Positions 39,189 to 52,408 of a stretch of DNA of 64,000 nucleotides are shown here, in pieces (position 1 is the stretch's first letter; each line of letters begins with the position of its first letter). The position numbers were made by a program, and so were the translations under genes. The DNA comes from Lama guanicoe. Its lineage: Eukaryota. The notes below the pieces were generated by a model, which was not told the origin of the DNA, made no database searches, and worked only from the letters and a program-made list of their open reading frames with translations. The DNA is taken from NCBI GenBank assembly GCA_013239625.1, contig MU054323.1, positions 17,922,029-17,986,028 of the forward strand, in the 5' to 3' direction.

Positions 39189-40674
39189 CTGAAATACAAA
39201 AACGATAGAATCCTATTACACTAAGTTCAAATATTTAAAACCTAAATATGAGATAATTGAAGTACACAGGATTATTTTTACATATTAAATAAAATTTAGG
39301 ATTACTAATATTGTTTTAAAGAAATTACAGGATCCTGAAAAGCTTTCAGAATCACAGAAAGATGGTACAGTTGTTGTGTTCTGTTCTTTGAAAAGTAGTT
39401 TCTCAGGTATAATAAAACACGACATAAGTTAAGCAGATTTTTTAATTAACCAGAAAATTCAATTCTTTAAATACATTACATGAATAGAAAGTTGCTAGAT
39501 CCAAGAGGAAATATATTGTCTAGAAAAACCTTTTACAAAATTACACCTATAACTTTCACTTCCCTTTTCATGGTTATATATAAAATTTTGCAAGTGTAGA
39601 TCTATTTGTTTCTAAGGAAGATGGTCCCTAGCTTTCACTGTATTTTTAAAGGAGACCCAAAAGGTTAAGAACATCTACTTAAGTCCAAGACTAGAGAAAA
39701 GGCTAAACAGTCAGTAAACAACACAATGAGCATCATCACTAAATAAAATTAAATACAGTGTTCAATTATTGAATCTAAATTTCTCAGCTTTACATTTTAT
39801 TCTCAGAAATTAGATTACCATAAGGGGATACACTCAACCTTAACTTACAGATTTTCTGAGTACACTTCTCACTTTCTCTTTATTTTATTTCCATCACCAT
39901 CTAAAGTAAGTTAGGTCAGATACTTTCATTTTGGACAGCATCTAATTCTATAGAAGTCTAACAGAACTTAAATAATCTTTACTATTCTGAAGACAGTATA
40001 AATTTTTGTTGGCAGGAAATTTAAAAATTAAACAAAAAATCCTGCAATCTGGGAACGTCTAATGAACACTTGTTAATCTTTCCTAGTTCTGACCCTTACC
40101 CCGAGGTTAGCAGGAGAAAGAAGAGCAGGTTGTTAGAAAACAAGTAACAGGATAATATTCTGTCAGGGCTGGGCAGGAAATCTTTTTTCTAAGGCATGTT
40201 TTAACTTCACACACATAGCTTTAGGGTATTGATACAGGACACATCTATTTGCATACTATACACTATACTGTACTGAATACTGTGACGATACTTTTTGCAA
40301 AACTACTAAAGACAATGAATAGACAAGGAAGGCGATCATGGTTACCAAGTGTTTTATACCTGAGGAACCATGCAGTAATTTATTCCTGAGACGGAGCCCA
40401 GGTCTTTTGCCTACACACACATACATTTAGTTACCCATGTGCAGGTTTGGTAACGTTTTCTCCCCTTCTGGTTGGTCTCTATTTTTATTTGCAACTTTCC
40501 TACTCTGTAACATATAATTTGCTGAACTGCTTTTAAATCATTTTAGAAGTTAAAGGAATAAAACTTCACCTAGATAGAAGAGAGTAATCTTTTTTTTTTT
40601 TTTTACAAAGTTCTATAACTGAGCAGTATCATCTACCAACACAGCGTAAAGTAACCCAAGCTTCTGTTGACGGG

Positions 40675-40866
40675 GCCGAGAGTGCAGACTTTGGTGTCAG
40701 ATGGTGTGCATTTGGCTCTGCCACTTACTAGCCATGGGACTTTGGGAAATTATTGCTTCAGTTTTCTCATCTGTAAAATGGCATAAAAGTACCTATCTTA
40801 GAAGTGAACAAGTGAGAAACTTATGGAGAGTATTTAGAACAGGGCCTGGCACAGAGTGAGCACTCG
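40675..40866 (+). mobile_element. MIR SINE
   Basis: ggctctgccacttactagc...cagttttctcatctgtaaaatgg...cctggcacagagtgagcactc. Confidence 0.78.
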
Positions 40867-41068
40867 GCTGTCAGCTGCTGTGGTCATGATTTCCAGCGTC
40901 CTCCGTGATGCGTATAGGGGAGACAACGGCCAGGTGGAGACTAGTGGGCCGGATGGAGCCCTTCAGAGAAGCTCTGCAGAACATAGCAATCCCTTCCCAC
41001 GGCTGCTCAAAGCTAGGTAGGACATCTACTTCCAAATGGGCCTCTTTCCAACTCGCCTTCCCTTGAGG

Positions 41069-41240
41069 GCAGTAGTTCTCAAGGTGTGTCCCCAGGCAAG
41101 CGGCATCAGTACCACCTGGGAACCACAAATGCAAATTCTCAGGCCCTCCTTAGCCAAACCTATTTAGTGTGTTATCAGAACCAACTGAAGGGCTTGGTAG
41201 AACACAAGGTTGGTCCCACCCGCAGAGTTTCTGATGCAGA
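41069..41240. mobile_element. MER5A-like fragments
   Basis: cagtagttctcaaggtgtg...gcatcagtaccacctggga...aaatgcaaattctcaggccc. Confidence 0.65.
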
Positions 41241-44149
41241 AACTCCTAAAATCACGAGCATCTGACCCATAAGATTCAACACAAAGTAAAGTCTTTTAAA
41301 TTATTAAATATTTGAACTGCCTGTGAACGAAGCATTTGTAACTAAGGAGATAAAATTCTGAAATAGAAACATAACTCAAAACAAACAAGTAGAAAGTCAG
41401 CTCTTTTTTGCATCTCTGCAGGATGATTCAAGAACATGAAAAAAAAACTTAAATACTGGTATGTCTGAAACAAAAGAAGTGTCCCATTTCCTCCTTCCTA
41501 CTGGGAGAAAAATGAGGAAGAACTGCTTAAAACCAGGGTTATGGCCCTAAGATGTTTTCTTCCAATAGGTTTTAAAAGCCTTAAAGGTATCTTTCCATGT
41601 ATATACTTAGACAAAAGACTAGGTGAACTGAGGACTTCTATAGAATTGGGCACACTCTTCCTATTTCCTTCCATCCTGCTTTCTGCTGTTTGTTATTCTT
41701 GCCATCGTCCAGATTCATAGCAATGGCATTCTGTCCTGTAATTCCCGCTTGTTCAAAATCAGTTGTATATTTGATTCAGTCCTCACGACTAGTCACTTTA
41801 CCTTGGCTTTCTCCATTTTTCAGTTGGTTCGTCTCTTAAATGTCTGGATTTTATTAATTTTTCTCCCAAAAGTGCTTATTAGTGAAATGTTGCCTGAACT
41901 TTTTTATATTTGAAAGTATCTCTGTACTAAAATGACATCTTGGTTGGGCACGATATTTTTGGGTCACACTTTGCCTCAGTAACCTTATAAGTAGCCACTA
42001 TTCCATTGGCTCTTGTCTGTAACTTTCTCTTTCTTTCTGTCATGGCCAGATTTTGAAGTTTATGGCATTAGATTATGCCCTTTCCTTGTCTGGTTGCTGC
42101 TGGTAAATTTTTTCTTTCTATTTATGCTATTCTTTTTCTTATCTTATTAAATATAGGAGAATGCAAATACTTCAGTGAAGTTTCAATCTGTTTTCTTAAT
42201 CTAGAAGTCCATAATTAGTCTGAAATATACAAAATGTAGTCTGGCTTCTGGATCTGGTCACCATTTAATTTACAGTTCAGGCAGAAACATTGTTGAGAAC
42301 AAAGGGGTTAGAAATAAAAATAAATTTCTATATAAATAACAAATAATAATATATTCTATATTTATATTTATAGAATATATATGTATTTATATAGAATATC
42401 ATATATTCTATATTGTCTAACAAATTGGTTTATTATGGTGAATCTAAAGACAACATATCTGGCACAATGAATTTTTTTTTAATACAAACTTTAAAAAGTA
42501 TCATTTAACATTAAAAATAAGCGAAATAATTATTTTTGGTCTGTATTCATATACTGATCAGTTTCTCAGATGTATCTGCTTAGATGTATCTGCTGTCATC
42601 ACTGGTATTTTTCTGAAGAATGTAGTACTTTTTTCTAAAATATGAACTTCTAAATTTTTTTAAACAATTGCCTGCAATATTCTTCAAAGTTTCATTTTTA
42701 TGTTTGATAAACTTATCTGGAAATGATATTTTTATTTGAGAAAACAGTTTCTCTATAGGAAGTAATGGTAGAGAGCTGAGAGTAAATTCTGCTAAATGGA
42801 GGAGACTGTCAGTCCTACTTCTTTCACAGGGAAAGTAAGTATTTCAGCCCTTTGGTTCACAGCTTCTGTATTCAGAGTGCCTTTGACAAATATTTTCATA
42901 ACACAGAACTCAGCTAAGTTGTCTCTATTATTTTAATTGCTTTACCAAATTCAGAAGCTATAAAATCTAATAAGCCCTTCTCAATTCCATTCCATTCCAC
43001 TCTAGAATATACATTTATCCAATTCAAATTAAGGAAGCCTTTAGAAGGTTCTCCCCATGAGACTATCCAAGACTATATTTACAGAATTCCAGAATAAACA
43101 TGGTGCATTATTGAGCTCTCACAGCTTTGTTCATTTCTTCCTTGGTGTTTTTAGGGGTAGATTTTTAATGTCCTGTTGTCAGTTTTGTTTTTAGTAACTA
43201 TAATTCATCAAAAATTTCAAAAACTTAACTTTTTTTTGGCACTCCATTTGTTGAATTCTTGGATTACAGATTTCCAATGAATTCTGGAAAAAAAATGCAA
43301 CCACAGCAAGGCAACTTCTTTAAAGTAGCAGTATAATGTATGATACTCTGGGCTGACTTACAATGTAATTCTTCAAAGGCTTAAACATTTTAAACCCAAC
43401 TAATGACAGGCAAACAAATAAAGCATTTTCTGTCATGCCGAATTTTTTTTTTTTTGCATTTAGTCATCTTTATCACTGACGGTCTGCAGTTCAGTTACTC
43501 TGTATATATTGTAAAAACTTTTGAAACAGTCTTTTATATTTTGATAAGTTTCTATTTCAATTCAGAATGTCACAGCTTGTTTGGAGGTAACTGTGAATTA
43601 TGTGGGTACCACATCAAATTCCAAGTACATTTCCATCTCATAGGTTTCTTTATTTAGTAAGAACGTTAATTTTTGCCATGATGCTGTGGTCTACCAAACA
43701 ATGTGTAAACAGACACACAAGCAGTGCTGAGCTGAATTTACAACAGTATTCACAATAATGAAAGATGTTTCATTTCTGACAGAAAAAAACTTCCTTAATT
43801 TCCTAGAATTGGGGGGAGAAAAGCTAAATCACTACTGGAATTGACTTAGCTGATTTCCCTTTGTGAAGCGTCTGCTAACACCGATATAAAACTGGCAACA
43901 TGTAACTTTCTGCAGAGGTCTTCTGCCAATGGAGCCAACATATTAACAGATAAAACTTCATTTTGTTTATGTACGTAAGAAAACTCGGAATTGTAAATGA
44001 GCAAAATGAATTTAGAAGAGTGGTCATTTGATCTAAATGAAAAGTCATGCTTCATAGAGTGATATTTAAATGCATTTCCTTCAGCTGCATGTGCTAAATA
44101 CTTAACTTTGGACTTAGTCTCCTTAAAATAGCACCTTCCAGAACTCTAA

Positions 44150-44540
44150 GCATGTCATCCTCAGAGAAAGCCTCTCTTCTCTATTTGTACTCATTCCCTA
44201 GGTGATCTCAGGGATTTAAATGTTATCTACACTAGTGATGCCCACCCTCTCCCCTAAACTCCAGATCTGTATACTGAACTACTGTTTGGCATCTTCACAT
44301 GGTGTCTAATAATCATGCAGAACTGAACAAGCCCTAAACTCCAACTTACTCCCCCTGCAGTTTTCCGCAGCTCAATGGAGGGTAACTCCACCCTCTAGCT
44401 GCAGTCAGAAGGCCCAGCATCATTCTCGTTCTTTTCTTACCCGGATCACTGCAGTAGTCTTAACTAGTCTCTTTGTTTCCATCCTTGCCCCACTATCATC
44501 TATTCTTAACTTGGTAGTTAGAATGATCTTTCAAAAAACT
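44150..44540 (+). mobile_element. L2 fragment
   Basis: ctcattccctaggtgatctc...ctccagatctgtata...atcttcacatggtgtctaat. Confidence 0.65.
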
Positions 44541-45382
44541 AAGATGTATTGACTACTTGGTATCACAGAGAACTTTTTTTTTTTAAGACACTTAAAAAAA
44601 AATAACAATTAAGCTCCATTGCTTGTTTTTAAAGTGAGTTCTTATGGGAAATGATAGAAGCATAAAAACTGGTAAAAGTGGTGTTGGGGGCACAGCAAAG
44701 GAGTGCTTCCTTCCTCATGCTGCCACGGCCCTTTGGAGACTGTAGAGGGTTTGGAAAAAAAATCACTGCTCTAAAGCTACTTACAGAGCCATTCCATCCT
44801 TTCTTGAAGGTCTCAAAAAACAGCTTTCTTAAAGAAATTAGGGTGTATGAAAACTTGATTTCGGTCTAATCACTCCTCAGCTTCCTTTGGAAACGTGTGT
44901 CTTATGCAGAGTTCTGTTAGAAACCTTGACAGGAAGTCTAGAAAGAGTTACTGGCAGCAAACGAGATCTCAGTCAATAAGACAGTCTTTTCTTAGAGGAT
45001 GCTTTATTATGCACTTATACAAAAGTCATCCGAGTATTTTCTTCTGGTTGATAACTCATCTCTGCTACTTTTCCACTACAATGAAATTTTTTTAAACAAT
45101 ATTCTGTTCCTTTAGATTACAGGTTCCATACTGGGACCTACCCATTACTTCTTCTCGCTCTGACAAGGGAATACAATTTTCTTGGCTGGGAATTAAGGGT
45201 GGTCACTTTTAACGGAAAAAGGTACTTAGGGAGAGAAAGAAGGAATGTGAGCCTTTTCTAAAACAGTCTAAGTCCCATGGCTCTTAGGGAAATATTATTT
45301 TGGGCTCCAGAGACTTGATTCCTCATCATGTTTGCAGATTCCTCATTAGTGAACTGGGGGTAATGGTGTCCCTCTACCTCAC

Positions 45383-45474
45383 AGGGTGACCGGCTGTCCG
45401 GGTTTGCCCCAGACTCCCCCAGGTTTAGTACTGAAATTGGTACTGGTTTAGCAAACTGGGGTGGCTGGGTACCT
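45383..45474. mobile_element. MER81-like hAT-Blackjack MITE inside a MIR
   Basis: agggtgaccggctgtccgggtttgcc...ggtttagtactgaaa...gcaaactggg with a degenerate terminal inverted repeat. Confidence 0.65.
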
Positions 45475-45921
45475 CGCCTTCATACATCATAAGAATACTG
45501 AGGAACAAAGGCGAGGAGAAGGTAAGATGACTCAAAACATTTCATATAGTTTATTGAAAGATATCCAGAGAGCTTTATTATTATTATATTGTTCTCTTTA
45601 TTTTATGCCTGTATTATGTGATCTCTGGTTATGATACGAGAAATGGTTCAGATGCAACAAACATATCTTAAAAAGGCATGCTTTTACTTAAATGCTTAGG
45701 GAAACTACATAAATATTGTTCCTGATTGAATTTTTTGAAAAATAAAAAAGTTACAATTGTAATATTCAAAGTAACCTGAGTATTGGGCCCATAGATATAT
45801 CATCACACGGTATAAAGAATTCAACCTTCATATATGGGAAGTGAGTCTTGTTTTATATTATGATTTAAAATGTATTTACATATGTTCATTATTCCAAATG
45901 TTTGCATTTTTAATATCTTAC

Positions 45922-46036
45922 CTGTAACAGAGGCTTTAATCAACTCAATTTTATCCTTAAGGCCTGCAGCTTTCAGATTGTCACATGCACCTAGTAACTG
46001 TGAGTCACTGACATCAGCACCCACATAATACACGTC
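45922..46036 (-). CDS. THUMPD2: THUMPD2 exon 8
   Basis: ttctcgtag| DVYYVGADVSDSQLLGACDNLKAAGLKDKIELIKASVT(E) |gtaaga. 115 bp; overlaps ORF 45821..46033. Confidence 0.96.
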
Positions 46037-46520
46037 CTACGAGAAAAGAAATTCATATTATAAGAATAAATAAACCCATCAGACATTTTAGAGTCAAGAA
46101 AATCAACCTGCATTTTCTCAAATGATGACAATGAAATTAATAGATTAATTTGTTAATTTATGTTAAAACAAATTTAGAATATTTCTTTAAAATGATATTC
46201 AGTAGCAAAAAACAAAAGTTTTTGTTAAAAGTGTAAAATCTGTTAATATTTTACAATTACAGATGTCTAAGCAATTTAGGGATCTGTATAATCGAGGGCA
46301 TGACTAATTACAGGAACTCTGTCATAAGTTCCTAAATTTATCACAGTACTTACAGAAGGAGCGTAGCAATTTAGTTAACCCTTCATAATCCATCCTGACT
46401 ACAGTCAATAGCAACCCATGTGATTAAAAGTTCATCCCCAAACAGAAAGTCTACCTGTAAGTGACACACGCACACTGATTAAAATAACTACACGCTTGGT
46501 CTGCCAACTTCGGAACTTAC

Positions 46521-46592
46521 TGGCCATTCTTTAGCAGCTTCCAGAAGTATTGTTCCAAGTCCACACATTGGATCTAAAACAAATGCACCAGC
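46521..46592 (-). CDS. THUMPD2: THUMPD2 exon 7 (SAM-binding motif I)
   Basis: tgtctgtag| AGAFVLDPMCGLGTILLEAAKEWP |gtaagt. 72 bp; LDPMCGxGT class I methyltransferase motif. Confidence 0.97.
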
Positions 46593-46739
46593 CTACAGAC
46601 AGAAATATTGACTTGATATTACTAAACCTATTATAATAGGTATTATACAAGAAATCTAAAAAAAAAATAAATCTAAAGCTTGAGGAATCAGTATTTCAGA
46701 GTAAAGATTCCTTTTTACACTTTATTACATTTTAGGTTA

Positions 46740-49090
46740 AAGCCCTAGAGCAGGTGCATGCCTGGCAGCACAAAGATCAGGAAGGAGACCAGTGTGGCCC
46801 AAGCACAGTGAGTGAGGGGGCAAGGTGGCGATTACATCAGAGAGGTGGCCAGGCAAGGAGGAACAGCCCCCAAGTCCTCAGGGTTAAAGCACCATGTAGC
46901 TCAGGCCACATGCCCACAGCATCACACCTGGGGCTGCTTCTGCTCCTCACTCTGGAAGCCAGTGACAAAGCGGTCACCATGTAGAGCACTGCCATCAGTG
47001 TGGCAGAGGGAAGGAAAGCATGTCAAATGATGCACTGGCTCTGAGAGGTGCCATCTGGAGGTGACATACAACACACTTCCCCCAACATTTAACTGGCAGG
47101 TCAGTCACATGACACACACAATTTGAAGAAGCCAGGAAGTTGTCATCCTATCTGTAGCCGGGAGGAGAACAGGAAATTTGGAGAAAAAACTAGTAACTCT
47201 CCCATCTGGGGGGTGGGGGGGGGTCAAATCACATCAGATCCTGTAGGTGTTATAAGGATTCTGGTTCTGTTCTGAAGGATGGGAACTATTGGAGGGTTTT
47301 GAGCAGAGGTGTAACATGACATTACATTTCAAAGGGATCATTCTGGCTGCTCTGTTGAGAGTGGACCACAGAGGGGTTAAGAGTGTTACAAGGAGGCTAG
47401 TTAAGGAATCCAGGTGGAAGTGATGGTGGCTTGAATAAAGAGTGCTACTGGTGAACGCAGTGAGAAGTAGTTGGATTCTGTGTCTATTTTAAAGGTGGAA
47501 CCAACAGGATGGATTGGATGTGGAATGTTAAAGATTGAAAAGGTCTGAAGTGACTGACGGTTCTGACCTGAGCGTCGGGAAGACGAGTTGCCTGTTACTG
47601 AGCTGGGAAGTGTTGGGGAGGAAAAGCTACACAGGAGACAAGAGTATATAGTCCTTGACATGTTAATTTTGAGATACCTCTTAGACCAAGCATGGATGTC
47701 AAGTGAGTCATTGGACATAAGCATCGAGTTCAGAGGAGAGGTTCAGGCTACAGATATAAATTTAGATGTAAATCAGGAACAGTGGTTGTTAGCCAGTTTA
47801 TGAATGGTATTTAAAGCATCAGAACTGGATGAGCCATCTAGGAGGCGAGAGAAGTTAAAAAAGAAAAGTCTATGGGTTGGACACTGGTGATCTAGGAACA
47901 GATGTTTGGTCAGTGACGACGCAGCAATGCATATGGCCAGCAGCTCGCCCTGGCACGGCAGCGGAACCTAGGGAGGGGCTCCCACAACAAAGTGGACACA
48001 TCCACTTCAAGAAGGAGTGATATCTGAGTCCAAGTGTGAACAGGTTAGAAAGGTGAGCATCTTCAGCAGAGTATCGGTGATGAAGCCCTGACGGAAGTGG
48101 GCACAAGGGAGAGTGGGAAGAGGAGAAGCAGACACCAAATACTCACAGTGAGCTACAAGTCTTCCTGTGAAGGGAAGCAGAGAAGGGACGGTAGCCGATG
48201 GAGCATGCGGGCTCAGGGGAGGGTTATATTTTTTTAAGTTGCAGTCTATTACAGCATGTTTACATGCTGATGGGAATAACCCAGTAGGGAAAAACGCCCT
48301 GAAGTAGGCAAGAAGGAATGGAAGCCTGGACTCCGGTGCTGGAGACGAGGACAGCTCATTTATTTACAATGCTGACAAGGCGGTGGATGTGGGCGCAGGT
48401 TCCAATATGCTGGTAGACTTGGTGAGGAGAGCGTGTTAAAGTCCTCTTCTGATTCTAACATTTAAGTCAAACAGGAAGCAGGAGAATGAAAAGCACCAGC
48501 AAGGAAATGACTGGAATGATAGAACATAAAGTTTAAGCTGTGAAAGAAGACTGAGGACAGGTGGTGAGGAGGGTCAAATGACTGGAGGTCCCATAGGGTT
48601 AAAGAATCGTGTCAGGGAACAAGAGGAAGTGGATGGGAAAGAGAAAGAGGTTAAGAGCAGGATTCTTGAAACTGAGATTTTCTGGAAGGTATACCCTTCT
48701 GGGGATGATAAGGTCTGGGATGTAACTGAGGCAGGTCATCAGAGGCAGGGAAGCCAAGACATTAAGGGATCAGACCACACAGACTACACAGTGTCCAGAC
48801 TACAGTGGACACTGAGATCATAAAGAGTTCTGACAGGAATACAGGTCTATGCTATTACAGAAATGACAGGAAGAGATCTGCATATGACCTGGGCAATCTG
48901 ACAGCGAATGCCTCTAAGGCAATGAGATGTGGGGCAGAAGGGGCAGTGGGGGGCAAGGCGGACACCTACCCCACCTCCAGGCCCAGGGGTCCCTTGGTCT
49001 GTCTACAGAGGAGGCCGAGCGCTCAGTGACAGCCAGGTTTCAGCCAGAGCCAGGGGGTACCTGGGGGAAAGAAACAAAATGTCCTTCAGG
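46740..49090 (-). mobile_element. L2 LINE fragments
   Basis: gagggttttgagcagagg...aaagggatcattctggctgct...ggattctgtgtctattttaaaggtggaaccaacagg. Confidence 0.75.
46862..47205 (-). mobile_element. Old MaLR LTR (MLT1J/L-like) inside L2
   Basis: gtggcagagggaaggaaagcatg...cactggctctg...gtcacatgac...gccaggaag pattern. Confidence 0.62.
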
Positions 49091-50999
49091 AAAGGGACAG
49101 ACTTTCCCTGGGTGCTAAATTCTAAGGTGGGAATCATATGGATCCCCCAGGAAGGGGCAGAAAGTCACAAAAAGAATGAAGATGTAAATGGTAGTTTTGT
49201 TTAAAATTAATAGTGGTATCAGGGCTAATTTTTATTAAGATCTTAAAATGTACCAGACCCTGTGCTCTTTCTCCCCTGAGGTCCCCGTTCAATGAGGTAG
49301 TCTGACCTCAAGTATCTTTCAATCTCTTTATTTTACTGTAGGACCTTTTCAAGCCATGACATTTGGGTACCAGGCAGAAGTAGAGATGTGTTTCCATCTG
49401 CTTAAAATAATAACTAACTTGATTTTCCTTACTTGTTATGACATATAGGAGGGAGAATGGTTTACAGTACACATGAAATGTATCTGACGTCCCCAGGCTT
49501 AACTTTCATGTTTTGAGGCACTGGCCTCCCCAAGGTCGAGCTGCTTGTGTGCCGCTCTGGGTACCGAGCTCCAAAGAGGGGCCTGGGTCAAGGCTGGACA
49601 CAGAGATGACTTACACTGTGGGTCATCACTGCATCCCCTCTGCAAAAACACTCTGCTGTGCTACGTCTTACCCGCTTTAATGGACCCTCTTTGTTGGTAG
49701 TCACGTTTAGAGCAACAGTTTTTACTCTAGGTCCTTGCAGGGCAAACTGACAGTAAAGGAAAATTTATTGAGTATTATCTGTGGATTCTTTTCCAATCAT
49801 TTACTTTCTACTTTTCTGAAAAATGTATGTCTACATCAAGGTAAAAGTAACATTTCAAATTTGTGGGTGGGTAAATAAATTTATGTGTAAATACACACTG
49901 GTGAAATCACTGGCAGTTTGGGAAAAAATGAATTGTAATCATACCCCCTTCTCCTTATTAAAAGAAACTGGACCTAAAGATTTAAATCAAACAAAACAGA
50001 AAATCATAGATTCTGGGAACGTGGTGATGTGGAAGTAGTTCTTTGCTTTTTCTCTCAACTCCAAGCTATTTACTTCTTCTGAGCCAAGTGATGCTCAGAA
50101 CTAGAGGCACCTGGCACTGAGAGAAGCCCTGGGCTCTGCTGTGGTCCCAGAAGGAGCCGGTGTGTGGCTTCCTTGCCTTGGGCTGGGTGAGTGATCGGAG
50201 ACCATCACTGGAGCCCAGAAGGCAGGATCACTGGAGCCAGGGAAGAATCTGGCCTTCCCAAACCTGTGGACCTGCAGCGAGACCAGTGAACAGGGTGTCC
50301 CAGCACGGCTGAGAGTCTCCTTACACTACCAAGCCCAGGGGTGCCAGACATCCACCTGCCTTTTACCACTTACAGGATTCCGGCCATTTAAATACCTTAC
50401 TGCCCACGCTTGAGCCCCACTGAGCCAACCAAGAAGAACAACGGCACATCTAACGGGAGGAGGTCCCTCAGCAGCTAGAGAGAACACGGGCAGAACAAAC
50501 AGAATGCACGTCTGGTGAACAGAACTACTGGAGGAGACAGATAAGCATCTGAAAAAAGGTAAGAGCTTCTAGAGACATCACATAAAGCGCGTGCGCACAC
50601 AACTTCTCAAACTAAAAAACCCCCATGATTTTAAAGCTAAATGTTCCAATAAATAAAGCAGAGCACATCTCTATGACTCTTGTTATAGCCTGGAAGATAA
50701 TGTCCAAGAATAACTCAAAGTGCAGAGCCAAAATATAATGAGACGGAAACCATGTGAGAAAGGGTAAGCGACTTGGAGGGGAGATCGGGAAGCTCAACAT
50801 GTTTGTAACAGGAATCCTAGAAGCAGAAAAAAGGAAGCAGTTTAAGGTTAAAGTCACTAAAGCAAAATAGTTAAGGAAATAATAACTAAATAAATAATGG
50901 ATGAAAGAGTGCCTAAGCTGGAGGGAAAACATGATTTTTATAATTATTATATATTCTATAATAATATATAATAATTATAATAACTATAATCATTATTAC

Positions 51000-51512
51000 T
51001 CTTGGGGTCCAGGGAAGGCTGCCCCATAATATGTCTCAATGACACATTGATTATTTTGAATTAAAGTGACTTGAGAAACAGCCAGTAAAAGAGAAAAGAT
51101 ATTTTTTATAAAGGCACTCTGACCCCCTTCTTTCCTCCTGAAATCAGAAAATAAATCTCCCATGTGAAGGTGTCCCCCCTCTACCAGGATAGAAAGCATC
51201 CTTATCAACACAGTTAGGGAATTCAAGGCTAAGAAAGTTGTATGAAAAAACACTGTTACTTTGTCACTAGTCTGCTACCACAGCACAAGCCCCCTTGTTT
51301 CATTAAATCTTCACTAATAATTGTTTCTTCGTCTAAAGATAATATATAAATAGCTTGCTTCGGTCACTTCAGGGGTCCCATTTCTATAAGACTTCCATGC
51401 ATATGAATGAAACTTGATTTTTTTCTCCTGGTAATCTGTTTTATGTCACTTTAATTATTAGATCAGCCAAAAGAACTCAAGGGTGGGAGGGGGAACTTCC
51501 CTCTCCCCAACA
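51000..51512 (+). mobile_element. ERV1-class solo LTR (MER34-like)
   Basis: Termini TCTTGGGG...CCCCAACA; internal attgattattttgaattaaag; 4-bp TSD TTAC (50996-50999) / TCAC (51513-51516), one mismatch. Confidence 0.82.
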
Positions 51513-51529
51513 TCACGAGGCAGAAGTTA

Positions 51530-51740
51530 CCACTTACACACTCTCTGTATGCTAGGCACTGCTCTAACTACCTGAGAAATGCTAATTCACCTAGTCCTCA
51601 CATGACTCTATGAAATTATTATTTTCATCTTGCAAATGAGAAACTGAGGCAGAGAGATGTTAAGTATCTTACCTCACGTTTCGCAGCCAGTAAGTGGCAG
51701 AGCCAGGATCAGAACTCAGGCGGCCCGCTCACTGAGCTCT
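51530..51740 (-). mobile_element. MIR SINE
   Basis: gaaactgaggcagagagatgttaag...agtaagtggcagagccaggatcagaactcagg. Confidence 0.75.
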
Positions 51741-52276
51741 GGGCTGAGTAGAAAAGACACTTACATAAGTATATCCTGGTACTAATTCCTGAACTTCAGA
51801 GGAGTCAAGAGGAAACCCCCACCAGCTTACAAGCAGGGAGAACAAGGTATAAAGGAAAAGAAAAGTCATCCTGGCACCAACTGCACACCTGTGACACTGG
51901 AGCTAACAGACAGCGGAACAGCGCCTACAGACCGCTGAGAGAGAAGGACCGCAGGCCGGGAACCTGGCGTCTAGTCAAGGGGGGCGTCCCCAGGATGAGA
52001 GGAGGACATCTGAGCATGGGGAGGAGGCTGACAGTATATTGCTCAAACACCACACCTGAGGAAAGTACCTAAGAAAAGACTAACCAAGCAACAAATAAAC
52101 CAGAGCGAAGACCTTCAAAGGGAGAAAGACAAAGCGAAGAACAAAGGCAGGAGCCATGCCCCTCACACTGCACCTCTGCGTGTTTACACAGAAAGTGTGT
52201 GATACACACTGTATCTTAGTGACTAAGGACAGCCTGTGTAGTGTAGGTGCCGGACAAGAACTTTTGTGATAAGATC

Positions 52277-52408
52277 TTTTGTTTGTTTGTTGGGGAGGGG
52301 GGTAGATAATTAGGTTTATTCATTTATTTACTTATTTATTTTTAATGAAGGAACTGGGGATTGAACCCAGGACCTCTTGCATGCCAAGCACACGCTCAAC
52401 CACTGAGC
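52277..52408 (-). mobile_element. Vic-1-like camelid SINE
   Basis: Reverse complement gctcagtggttgagcgtgtgcttggcatgcaagaggtcctgggttcaatccccagt...aataaacctaattatctacccccc; A/B boxes and the characteristic 3' tail. Confidence 0.85.

Noticed and set aside
42568..42594. AGATGTATCTGCT direct duplication (similar short duplications at ~24441 and ~50204)
   Set aside because: Ordinary slippage micro-duplications with no insert of recognisable origin.
47207..47223. G7-T-G9 run
   Set aside because: A simple homopolymer at an LTR/L2 junction with no other support.
52340..52408. tRNA-Ala gene
   Set aside because: Has a SINE-type AT-rich tail and no intact acceptor stem; same for 28945-29018.
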